Below, in pieces: positions 26,753-33,482 of a stretch of 34,700 bases of DNA. The notes beneath the pieces were generated by a model. The model ran no database searches. It saw only the letters and a program-made list of their open reading frames with translations, and had not been told where the DNA came from. Numbering within the stretch: the stretch's first letter is position 1; each line of letters begins with the position of its first letter. This DNA comes from a virus (Duplodnaviria; Caudoviricetes). The translations under genes were made by a program, and so were the position numbers. The DNA is taken from positions 1 through 34,700 of IMG/VR virus record IMGVR_UViG_3300022666_000343; one strand, given 5' to 3'.

Positions 26753-27334
26753 TCATTCTTCATTCCTCGAAACTCTATTCAGCAAGGCTTCCATCGGATC
26801 TACTGTCTTATTCTTGGATGTTTTATCCTTTTCCTCAGGAGCAGTGCCGGCCCGTGCTCGTGGTGTCATGTAAAGTGATTGCCGCAGGAGCAGCAGAAAT
26901 TTCCGTTTTGAATCGCAACGGGCGTCGATAACTCGTAGTTGGTTTTGTGCCTTCAGAAGTTTCGAGAAAATATCTGCCCGCAGCTCCACATCGCAATCAT
27001 CAGGGAGTTCCTTGAACGTCTTATCCATCGTGCGCCAGGCCGAGTGAGCCGCCGATCTCATATCGTCCAAATCTGCCAGTTGCGACATTGCCAGGCAGTA
27101 ATCGACCATCAAATCAAAGTCCAGCGCCGTGACAATCTCCGCCTTCACGCTGGAAAACAAACGCCTTAATCGGCGCCAATGGGAGGAGGCCACCGGATCT
27201 GAAGAAATAGACGCAGGGGCTTTTACCGGTAAATCGCGAGTCGGCGTCAACGCCTCTTCGGCCTGCTCCCGTCGGGCGATTTCCTCTTTTGTTTCATGCC
27301 GTACTACTAAATCAGACGGCTTTTTAGCTGGCAT
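26753..27334 (-). CDS. terS: Terminase small subunit (P27-like)
   Basis: Start MPAKKP. WRRL..., DYC and LYMTPRAR motifs; directly upstream of terL. Confidence 0.8.
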   Translation of the reverse strand: MPAKKPSDLVVRHETKEEIARREQAEEALTPTRDLPVKAPASISSDPVASSHWRRLRRLFSSVKAEIVTALDFDLMVDYCLAMSQLADLDDMRSAAHSAWRTMDKTFKELPDDCDVELRADIFSKLLKAQNQLRVIDARCDSKRKFLLLLRQSLYMTPRARAGTAPEEKDKTSKNKTVDPMEALLNRVSRNEE

Positions 27335-27425
27335 TGCAAAAATCTCCACATTGGGAAAAAATCTCGCGTTCGTCCCCGCTTGCGCTCGACAATCCCCCAC
27401 CAAAACTTTCCGAGGGGGTTATCCC
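27335..27425 (-). other. Probable cos/packaging-initiation region
   Basis: Interval between HNH and terS, where cos lies in HK97-like phages. The exact cohesive end is not identifiable. Confidence 0.4.
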
Positions 27426-27766
27426 TGCCTTACCTCTTCTCTTGTGCGCCGCGAGTGGCACTCGTGGCACAAAGAAAGCAACGGGCTCGATACAAACAGG
27501 GCAGGGTCCCCGCGGTGCCGCACCTGGTGGTGCACGTCGGTCGCCGCGACGTAAAGACCCTTCGCCAAACAATCGGCGCACCATGGATTAGCCTCAAGAT
27601 GAGCCTTCCGACGCTTCTGCCACGATCGTCCGTAGAGCCGGTGCTTGATCTTGTCTTCCCGCGTCTGTCTCGTCTGGCGCTGCGATGCGGCCGCTGCGTG
27701 CTTTGCGCAGTAGCCACGTTCTACTAAGGCTGAGCAGCCTGGTGACGAGCAAGGCTTAAGAGGCAT
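27419..27766 (-). CDS. Terminase-associated HNH endonuclease (HK97 gp74-like)
   Basis: PCSSPGC...YCAKH, NPWCADC, DVHH and LCHECHSRRT motifs. Confidence 0.92.
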   Translation of the reverse strand: MPLKPCSSPGCSALVERGYCAKHAAAASQRQTRQTREDKIKHRLYGRSWQKRRKAHLEANPWCADCLAKGLYVAATDVHHQVRHRGDPALFVSSPLLSLCHECHSRRTREEVRQG

Positions 27767-28112
27767 GGTCCAACTCGAATTCCAACACTGCGATATGCGC
27801 CGTAAGACGCTCGATCTCTGCCCGCAAATCGTGAACGGATCTGGTTGCGTCCTTCAATTTGATAGGCATTGCTTTGTAGATTTCTTTTAAGCACTCGACT
27901 TCAACATGGGAATGTTGCGAAAGACGATTCTTTTCCACGAGGCCATAAAAGAAAAAAAGGATGGGATAGGTAAGGCACATCTTGAAACTGAGCTTGCGTA
28001 ACCGCTTCAGCTCAAATTCTGCATGCACCAACAATTCCCGCATTGTTACCAATCGGTTCACATTGTCGACCAACTCGGATTGAAGTTTCTCTCGATAGTT
28101 AACGCTGTTCAT
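27756..28112 (-). CDS. Hypothetical coiled-coil protein, AT-richer than its neighbours
   Basis: 118 aa, overlaps both neighbouring genes. Confidence 0.55.
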   Translation of the reverse strand: MNSVNYREKLQSELVDNVNRLVTMRELLVHAEFELKRLRKLSFKMCLTYPILFFFYGLVEKNRLSQHSHVEVECLKEIYKAMPIKLKDATRSVHDLRAEIERLTAHIAVLEFELDHAS

Positions 28113-28369
28113 CTTCGTCCCTTCCTGCGCTGCGCGGGATCTACCTCATGCCGTCGGATAGGCCTCATTGCCACCTGCGGCCGCTTAGAGTAGCGCAGCA
28201 CCGGTGCGCCTTTCCGTACAACAGACTCTTCTTCCCTTAATGCGAGTCTTGCTTCTTTCAAAGCATTGGCCAAAAATGCATTAAAAGCATCCCATTCTTC
28301 AGAAGAAGAAAACATATTAGGCGATTGCATCATCGTCACCATCGGGGCTTTAATTACCTGCGTATTCAT
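28109..28369 (-). CDS. Hypothetical protein
   Basis: 86 aa, basic C-terminus, operon-coupled. Confidence 0.5.
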   Translation of the reverse strand: MNTQVIKAPMVTMMQSPNMFSSSEEWDAFNAFLANALKEARLALREEESVVRKGAPVLRYSKRPQVAMRPIRRHEVDPAQRRKGRR

Positions 28370-28871
28370 CGGCGCCTTTGAACGCTGGATAGTAGAGGCC
28401 CGGCCAGTTGTCGCGTTCCCAGGGAAGGGCTTCGTTCAGCGTTGCCGGCGCGACGAACATATTGGGGTTTCCCTTGCAGGCCTCGACGGCCATTGACTCC
28501 GTCTCGAAGAACCCCATGAATTCCCATTGTTCACCTTCTCCGCACCACTTGCCAACAATCCAAAACGGAACTGCACTGGGAACAATGGGGATTGGCAACC
28601 CTCGTCCTGATAGAATCTCAAACATGGCCTTATCAGCATCTCCGAGATCCTGGTTGCAGGCCGCCGCCGAAGGGGTGACCGGCAATGCCTCGTGGCCCAG
28701 GGATAGAGAAGCATTCCAGTGCCGTCCCCGGCCTCTGCCCCCAGATCCTCCACTCCAGGAACCACCCAGGCCACGCCGGCCTGGACGACCTGGGTGGCAC
28801 TTACGGCAGTAGGGGCCGGCATACGTCCGGCCACAGTTCTTACATGTTTTTGGGGTATTTCGCTTCACCAT
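28350..28871 (-). CDS. Hypothetical protein: N-terminal zinc ribbon, G/R-rich linker, C-terminal globular domain
   Basis: CKNC...CRKC, then GGSGGRGRGR, then WEFMGFFETESMAVEAC. Confidence 0.6.
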   Translation of the reverse strand: MVKRNTPKTCKNCGRTYAGPYCRKCHPGRPGRRGLGGSWSGGSGGRGRGRHWNASLSLGHEALPVTPSAAACNQDLGDADKAMFEILSGRGLPIPIVPSAVPFWIVGKWCGEGEQWEFMGFFETESMAVEACKGNPNMFVAPATLNEALPWERDNWPGLYYPAFKGADEYAGN

Positions 28872-28984
28872 GATCCACCCGCCTGTTCCAAACCGGATAT
28901 AACGGCCAACAGTAGCAACGTCCAGATGACGATCAACACAAAGTCAAACAGGTCGGGATCTGTTGGCCAACGTTCAGCGCTCAT
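28865..28984 (-). CDS. Small single-TM protein
   Basis: MSAERWPTDPDLFDFVLIVIWTLLLLAVISGLEQAGGSW; ATGA overlap with the upstream gene. Confidence 0.5.
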   Translation of the reverse strand: MSAERWPTDPDLFDFVLIVIWTLLLLAVISGLEQAGGSW

Positions 28985-29346
28985 GATCCAAACATCACCC
29001 GCGCCTGCCCCGTGACCACAGCCCAAAGTAATCCAACGATGAGGGCCCCCACAACGGTGGCGACCCACTTTAGGCTGTCGATGGCCGGCTTGATCTCGGG
29101 AATTGTTTTCTCAAGGGCTACGACCCGTTTGTCCAACCCGTCAACTTTACCTTTGAGGTCGGATTGCATCCATTCATCCCGCAGGGTTTCCAGGCGGGCT
29201 CGCTGTTCTGCGTTGGCAGTATCGATGCGAGAAATCCAGGCCGTGAGATCCTCCCGGAGTCCCTTAACGGACTCATTGAGCAGCGCGATCTGCGTGCTCA
29301 CGCTCACTTCCTGGTCTGGTACTGAACGGCTGGTCTGCGGAGTCAT
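28981..29346 (-). CDS. Coiled-coil protein with C-terminal TM (XhlA-like/holin-like lysis protein)
   Basis: Heptad region (VDGLDKRVVALEK) followed by LKWVATVVGALIVGLLWAVV. Confidence 0.6.
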   Translation of the reverse strand: MTPQTSRSVPDQEVSVSTQIALLNESVKGLREDLTAWISRIDTANAEQRARLETLRDEWMQSDLKGKVDGLDKRVVALEKTIPEIKPAIDSLKWVATVVGALIVGLLWAVVTGQARVMFGS

Positions 29347-29840
29347 TTTTTGTCGCCCTGGGGAATGATAACCTGGGGAGGAGTGACAACCGGACGCGCC
29401 ATGACGCGCTGCAGCTGCTTTGCAGCCAGCTGCTGAGGTTTAATGATCGCGTGGTAGGTGGCCGTTCCGAAACCACATGCTATCAGGCCGCCGGCGATCG
29501 GCGCCCAGTAGGCTTCAATGACGGGCCAGGCGTCCGCCGGAATGAACTGCATAAGCAGCCGCGCAATGACAGGAACGCCGATAATCAACACAGGAAAGAC
29601 GATGCCTTTGATATCCGACGGCAACCGCTGGAACCAGGCCTGTTTTTCCGCCAGAAATGCCGCGACGACGCCACCGCCGGCAGCCGTGCCCAACAACAGG
29701 ATGAGATCCCGCAGCCCCGGAAGGCCCACCGGTGCGGACCCGTCACCGGCCGGAGGCTCTCCCTGAGCCATCACCCCACCTACCAAAACCAACGTCATCA
29801 AAACAACCAGCCCGGCAACTGCAAAACTCTTCGCCTTCAT
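29343..29840 (-). CDS. Multi-pass membrane protein, putative holin, with signal-peptide-like N-terminus
   Basis: Start MKAKSF. N-terminal hydrophobic segment ending VMA/Q plus three further TM-like segments. Confidence 0.55.
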   Translation of the reverse strand: MKAKSFAVAGLVVLMTLVLVGGVMAQGEPPAGDGSAPVGLPGLRDLILLLGTAAGGGVVAAFLAEKQAWFQRLPSDIKGIVFPVLIIGVPVIARLLMQFIPADAWPVIEAYWAPIAGGLIACGFGTATYHAIIKPQQLAAKQLQRVMARPVVTPPQVIIPQGDKK

Positions 29841-29862
29841 CGAAAACCCCCTTGATTGAAAT

Positions 29863-29902
29863 AAAAAAAAACCGGGGCCACGTTTACGAACGTGGTCCCG
29901 GT
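29863..29902 (-). terminator. Strong intrinsic terminator at the head of the late operon
   Basis: Minus strand ACCGGGACCACGTT-CGTA-AACGTGGCCCCGGT running into T9. Confidence 0.85.
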
Positions 29903-29925
29903 ACTTAAAGCCGCTGACGAACCGC

Positions 29926-30126
29926 TTACGGGTATGCCTGCCGGCGCCCTGGGGGTCCGGCCCGGCACCGCGCCTTCGGTGGGAGCTTGCGGTCATACTC
30001 GCGGCGGATACGAACTAATTCACCATCCTGGATCACCAACACGACTTCTCCAAAGCCGCCGCTCTCTTCGCAGACGGCGTTAAAATCCCGTTCTATTTCT
30101 TGAATTGCTTCTTGTGTTAGCGCCAT
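29926..30126 (-). CDS. Small DUF2292/YezD-like protein
   Basis: GFGEVVLVIQDGELVRI motif; first gene of the leftward late unit. Confidence 0.6.
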   Translation of the reverse strand: MALTQEAIQEIERDFNAVCEESGGFGEVVLVIQDGELVRIRREYDRKLPPKARCRAGPPGRRQAYP

Positions 30127-30159
30127 GATTTATCCAAACCCCAACCGTGTAATAACTCA

Positions 30160-30196
30160 ATTATAACGAGATACAAAAAAGAGGTTAATCTGTCAA
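30160..30196 (-). promoter_or_regulatory. Candidate late-operon promoter
   Basis: Minus strand has TTGACA (30191-30196) and TATAAT (30160-30165) 25 nt apart, which is non-canonical. TTAACC-17-TATAAT is an alternative reading. Confidence 0.4.
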
Positions 30197-30225
30197 GCTA
30201 CAATTGTGTTACGAATTCGTTAACG

Positions 30226-30253
30226 TTGGCTTTTATGCAGTAAATGCTATAAC
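30226..30253 (+). promoter_or_regulatory. Candidate sigma70 promoter for the Zn-finger gene
   Basis: TTGGCT-16 nt-TATAAC with a TG extension. Confidence 0.45.
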
Positions 30254-30278
30254 AGGTATTCATTTATGGGAGGATACA

Positions 30279-30503
30279 TTGAAAACTGAGCATAACTGCA
30301 TTTATTGTTCGCGCCCTGCGACCCAGGGCGTTAGCCTCATTATAAAAACGGCAGCGCGCCGCGTGGGGGCTTTGCCCCGTTTTGAACGAGCCGGCGGGGT
30401 GGTATGGGTTTGCGATGAACACGCGCCGCTCTTGGCCGTGTTTGTGTGGACAGATCGGCCGCGGGCTGGTGACCATCCCACGGCCGTACCCCAAGCGGAC
30501 TAA
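30279..30503 (+). CDS. Small CxxC...CxxH zinc-finger protein (paralogue A)
   Basis: TTG start after GGGAGG; CIYC...VCDEH. Homologous to 31660-31905. Confidence 0.75.
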   Translation: MKTEHNCIYCSRPATQGVSLIIKTAARRVGALPRFERAGGVVWVCDEHAPLLAVFVWTDRPRAGDHPTAVPQAD

Positions 30504-30544
30504 TAAGAAACGCCGGGATGGTGACCATCCCGGCGTTTCTTATT
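30502..30544. terminator. 43-bp palindrome / bidirectional terminator between convergent genes
   Basis: AATAAGAAACGCCGGGATGGT-G-ACCATCCCGGCGTTTCTTATT, with perfect 21-bp arms. Confidence 0.8.
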
Positions 30545-30992
30545 TTATGTTTGGAACCCCGCTTGGACCGCCCGAAAATTCCCCCGTTTGAGCCTGTTGC
30601 TTTTCCTGTTGCTTGTCTGGTAATTGCGGATGAGCCTGATTAAGAATCTGGTTCATAATAAATCCATAGGCCCAATGTGCTTTATCAGCTCCTCGGAACT
30701 CAAATGTAAACTTTCCGGCCGCAGTCAATAAGGTTATTTCGCTGGTTTGGAAAACAATCCCTTCGTCGGCCGAAGCAACTGCGATAACCTGGTTGTAAGG
30801 AAGTGATACCATCGACTTCTTTTTCGTAATTACACCCTGATCATAAAAAATGATCCGTTGATCCGAGATCCCGACAAACCCGGTGCCACCACCCTTGCAG
30901 TCATAAACGGCATACAACGTCTCGCCTTTGATTATATAAGGCACAATTCGATCATATTGATTCTTGATATCATAGACGGTTTGGAATGCCAT
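30540..30992 (-). CDS. Bacterial PH-domain protein (accessory/moron-like)
   Basis: GETL...ISDQRIIFYDQG...KKSMVSLPYNQV motif of bPH domains. RBS AAAGGA; AT-richer than the core genes. Confidence 0.75.
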   Translation of the reverse strand: MAFQTVYDIKNQYDRIVPYIIKGETLYAVYDCKGGGTGFVGISDQRIIFYDQGVITKKKSMVSLPYNQVIAVASADEGIVFQTSEITLLTAAGKFTFEFRGADKAHWAYGFIMNQILNQAHPQLPDKQQEKQQAQTGEFSGGPSGVPNIK

Positions 30993-31020
30993 AGGATCCT
31001 TTCCTGATATAGAATTTATG

Positions 31021-31048
31021 AAAAAGGACCGGATCTACCCGGTCCTTT
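31021..31048 (-). terminator. Hairpin/terminator between the divergent PH and HTH genes
   Basis: AAAGGACCGG-ATCTAC-CCGGTCCTTT, with T5 on the minus strand. Confidence 0.55.
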
Positions 31049-31053
31049 ACTCG

Positions 31054-31081
31054 TTGACAACTATCTTAAACGATGTATAAT
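31054..31081 (+). promoter_or_regulatory. Consensus sigma70 promoter
   Basis: TTGACA-16 nt-TATAAT, 29 nt upstream of the HTH start codon. Confidence 0.8.
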
Positions 31082-31110
31082 TTTTACACGCAACGCTTAG
31101 GAGGCACACC

Positions 31111-31317
31111 ATGGCTTGGACCACTAAACAGCTGGCCGAAGCCGCCCGGGTGACGAGCATCTATGTTCGTCAAGAAATACGAGCCGGAAACATTAAGTGT
31201 GAGAAAATAGGACGGGATTGGTTGATTGATGACGAGGAAGCTCAGCGTTGGTTGTCAGAACATCGGTTTACTCGTCGAGATTACGTCCAAAAGATCTCAG
31301 ATGAATCTGGTAAGTGA
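31111..31317 (+). CDS. Excisionase-like HTH (HTH_17/MerR-like) DNA-binding protein
   Basis: WTTKQLAEAARVTSIYVRQEIRAGNIKCEKIGRDWLI; RBS AGGAGG. Confidence 0.85.
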   Translation: MAWTTKQLAEAARVTSIYVRQEIRAGNIKCEKIGRDWLIDDEEAQRWLSEHRFTRRDYVQKISDESGK

Positions 31318-31517
31318 GGGCGCCTAAAAAGCGTTTGGGGAACGTCGTACTCACAAAGCAAAACGTTCCCCGCCCGTGTGGAACCTTAACAATTGAATAT
31401 CTGATTATAACATAATTGAGACACTCAATTGTCTCGGCCTGTTTAGCGTTACACCTACATCTTGCAGGATGAAGGGGTAACGTCGGACACTATCCTTGTA
31501 AATTGATGGCAACGAAG

Positions 31518-31591
31518 TGGGCGGTATAGGGCTCGAACCTACGACCTCCTCTGTGTAAGAGAGGCGCTCTAACCGACTGAGCTAACCGCCC
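31518..31591 (-). tRNA. tRNA-Val (anticodon TAC), CCA not encoded
   Basis: Cloverleaf on the minus strand: acceptor GGGCGGT/ACCGCCC, D arm GCTC/GAGC, anticodon arm CCTCT-CTTACAC-AGAGG, T loop TTCGAGC. Confidence 0.96.
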
Positions 31592-31626
31592 AAATTGCAG
31601 CATTAAAACCAGTTAATCGCCTTAAG

Positions 31627-31654
31627 ATTGTATCATTTTTTAAGGATTTAGCAA
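31627..31654 (-). promoter_or_regulatory. tRNA promoter
   Basis: TTGCTA-16 nt-TACAAT with a TG extension, 35 nt upstream of the tRNA 5' end. The -35 lies inside an AAGGATTT-N3-AAATCCTT inverted repeat. Confidence 0.6.
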
Positions 31655-31659
31655 ATCCT

Positions 31660-31905
31660 TTAAGCTACCAAAGGCCGGCCCTCCCCACCGCTGTTATCCT
31701 GGGCCGGCTTGGCGGCGGCATGTCGCCCTTCGGCCCGGTCCACAAACACGCCCATCCGTTGCACATGTTCGGCGCACACATAGACCACGCCCCCTACCCG
31801 CTCATACTTCGGCAGGATCGTCGTCCCTGGAATGCGATCCGTCAATTGCAGAATCAAGGTTACGGCGTGCCGTGCCGGCTTCCCGCAGTAAATACACTTT
31901 TTCAT
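31660..31905 (-). CDS. Small CxxC...CxxH zinc-finger protein (paralogue B)
   Basis: CIYC...VCAEH; ATGA-coupled to the upstream gene. Confidence 0.75.
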   Translation of the reverse strand: MKKCIYCGKPARHAVTLILQLTDRIPGTTILPKYERVGGVVYVCAEHVQRMGVFVDRAEGRHAAAKPAQDNSGGEGRPLVA

Positions 31906-32297
31906 GTTGTTCGCTCCTCGATAGATACCACGGTCAACACCGTGGCTTCAACCAGGCTCCCCCATAACCGGCCCTGCACCAACACGCGATTCCCCTTCAC
32001 GATCTGGGCCACGCGTCCGGCCGGCCCGTGCACAGTGACCAGCGGCGCCCCTACCTCCGTCTGGATGTCGATCAACCGCTGATTCAAATCCATCGCTACC
32101 ACCACGCCCCACAAAGTGACCAGGCTCCCTTGAGGCTCCCGGCCCGCCGGGACCACCACCAACACCCGCAGATCGGCCTCTCGAAAAGCCAGGATGTGCA
32201 GATCCCGCTTCAAGGCCGGCAGCGGCGCATTCACGTCGCCGCCGGCCAGGGCTATGATCTGCCTGATGATCTTCTCGGTGGGTTTCCCCGCCGTCAT
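31902..32297 (-). CDS. Hypothetical protein with OB-fold-like C-terminal domain
   Basis: LWGVVVAMD...IVKGNRVLVQGRL...VEATVL pattern; ATGA-coupled to the recombinase. Confidence 0.55.
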   Translation of the reverse strand: MTAGKPTEKIIRQIIALAGGDVNAPLPALKRDLHILAFREADLRVLVVVPAGREPQGSLVTLWGVVVAMDLNQRLIDIQTEVGAPLVTVHGPAGRVAQIVKGNRVLVQGRLWGSLVEATVLTVVSIEERTT

Positions 32298-33163
32298 CTC
32301 AAGAGACGCCCCACAGGTGAAATGCGCGCCTGTACTTCGCGCACATCCTCCGGGGTCGTATTGACGTACCGCATGGTCGTGGATATTCGACTATGGCCCA
32401 TCACGGTTTTCAAGGTCACTAAGTCGCCGCCGTTCCGCATCCAATTATGCCCAAAGGTATGCCGGAAAAGCTGCGGACCAACGTTCCGCTTGACCTGGGC
32501 CTGCCGGCCACAGCGTTTCACCAACTGCCGCAGTCCCGACGTGGTAAACTGATCCGTGCCGATGCCCGGAAAGGCCCAGGTGCCGTGGATATGATCCGCT
32601 TCCCAGTAGTTCACAATCGCCTGAACCACCAGCGGTTCCAACGGCACGCACCGCTCTTCCTGATCCTTGCCCAACACCCGGATATGCAACTCACTGAGGT
32701 CCACTTTCTCCCGCGGCAAGCTGACCAGCTCGCCGGCCCGGATCCCCGATCCCAGCAACAGCGTGAGGACGGCATAGCTTTTCTCCCCCTGGTCCAGGGT
32801 CTTGGAGGCCGCCAACATCGCCTTCACTTCATGGTCCTTCAAGAAATCCGGCAACCGCTTTTTCTGCGAAGGAGACTCCATCCCCTTCATCGGCGATTCG
32901 ATCCGATATTTCGTATTACACCAGTTGAAAAACGCGGACAGCGTGTTGTAATACGTAACAATCGACCCGGGCTTCGCGCCGTTTTTGCGCTTGTACTCCA
33001 GGTATTTCAAAATGTGCTCCTCTGAAAGATCCTCAATGTGGGGGTTGTTTATCTGCGATGCGAACGCCAACACTGTCTCATAGTACCGTTCGATGGTCCG
33101 TGGTGATCTCCCCAACGTGGTTTTGGATTTCAGCAGAGCGCTTAACGCTTCACATAACCGCAT
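32294..33163 (-). CDS. XerC/D-like tyrosine recombinase
   Basis: 289 aa from MRLCEA (RBS AGGAG). SAM-like domain (SPRTIERY), GIRAGEL, VLGK, PQLFRHTF, MGHS and TTMRY motifs. No N-terminal arm-binding domain. Confidence 0.92.
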   Translation of the reverse strand: MRLCEALSALLKSKTTLGRSPRTIERYYETVLAFASQINNPHIEDLSEEHILKYLEYKRKNGAKPGSIVTYYNTLSAFFNWCNTKYRIESPMKGMESPSQKKRLPDFLKDHEVKAMLAASKTLDQGEKSYAVLTLLLGSGIRAGELVSLPREKVDLSELHIRVLGKDQEERCVPLEPLVVQAIVNYWEADHIHGTWAFPGIGTDQFTTSGLRQLVKRCGRQAQVKRNVGPQLFRHTFGHNWMRNGGDLVTLKTVMGHSRISTTMRYVNTTPEDVREVQARISPVGRLLR

Positions 33164-33482
33164 AATCGACTCCTGAGTTTCTAGTATGGTACAGATGTAA
33201 CAACTCAAACGGTACAGAAACAACTTTATTATTTTAAAAGATGAAATCTTAAAATCAATGCAGTTAACATCTTTGTAACTCTTTTGTTATGAAGTAGCAA
33301 CAAAAAGCATTATTTTTCAAACTAATTTCTAACTACTAAGCTTCTCACCTGCCTTTCAACAAAATCTCCATCGTAATCCTCGTCACCTCTTTAAAGGATT
33401 GTCGTTATTATATTACCCAAAGACAAATACACAAACAGGAACACAGTTTCAGCGGGCAAGTCCCCGGCCTACTCTGCTTCCC

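Noticed and set aside
29578-29590. CCGATAATCAACA, matching 13 nt of dif-like site B
   Set aside because: Lies inside the holin-like coding sequence (VLIIG codons) and lacks the TTAT right arm; most likely chance.
30502-30544. Long palindromes (here and at 1180-1224) as protelomerase telRL sites of a linear phage-plasmid
   Set aside because: Both have unpaired centres, and the only tyrosine-family enzyme looks Xer-like in size and motifs, not like a TelN-type protelomerase.
33164-33482. AT-rich spacer with GGTACAGA twice (33188, 33211) as an att site or operator
   Set aside because: Only a short 8-bp duplication with no partner core seen elsewhere; not enough support to call.
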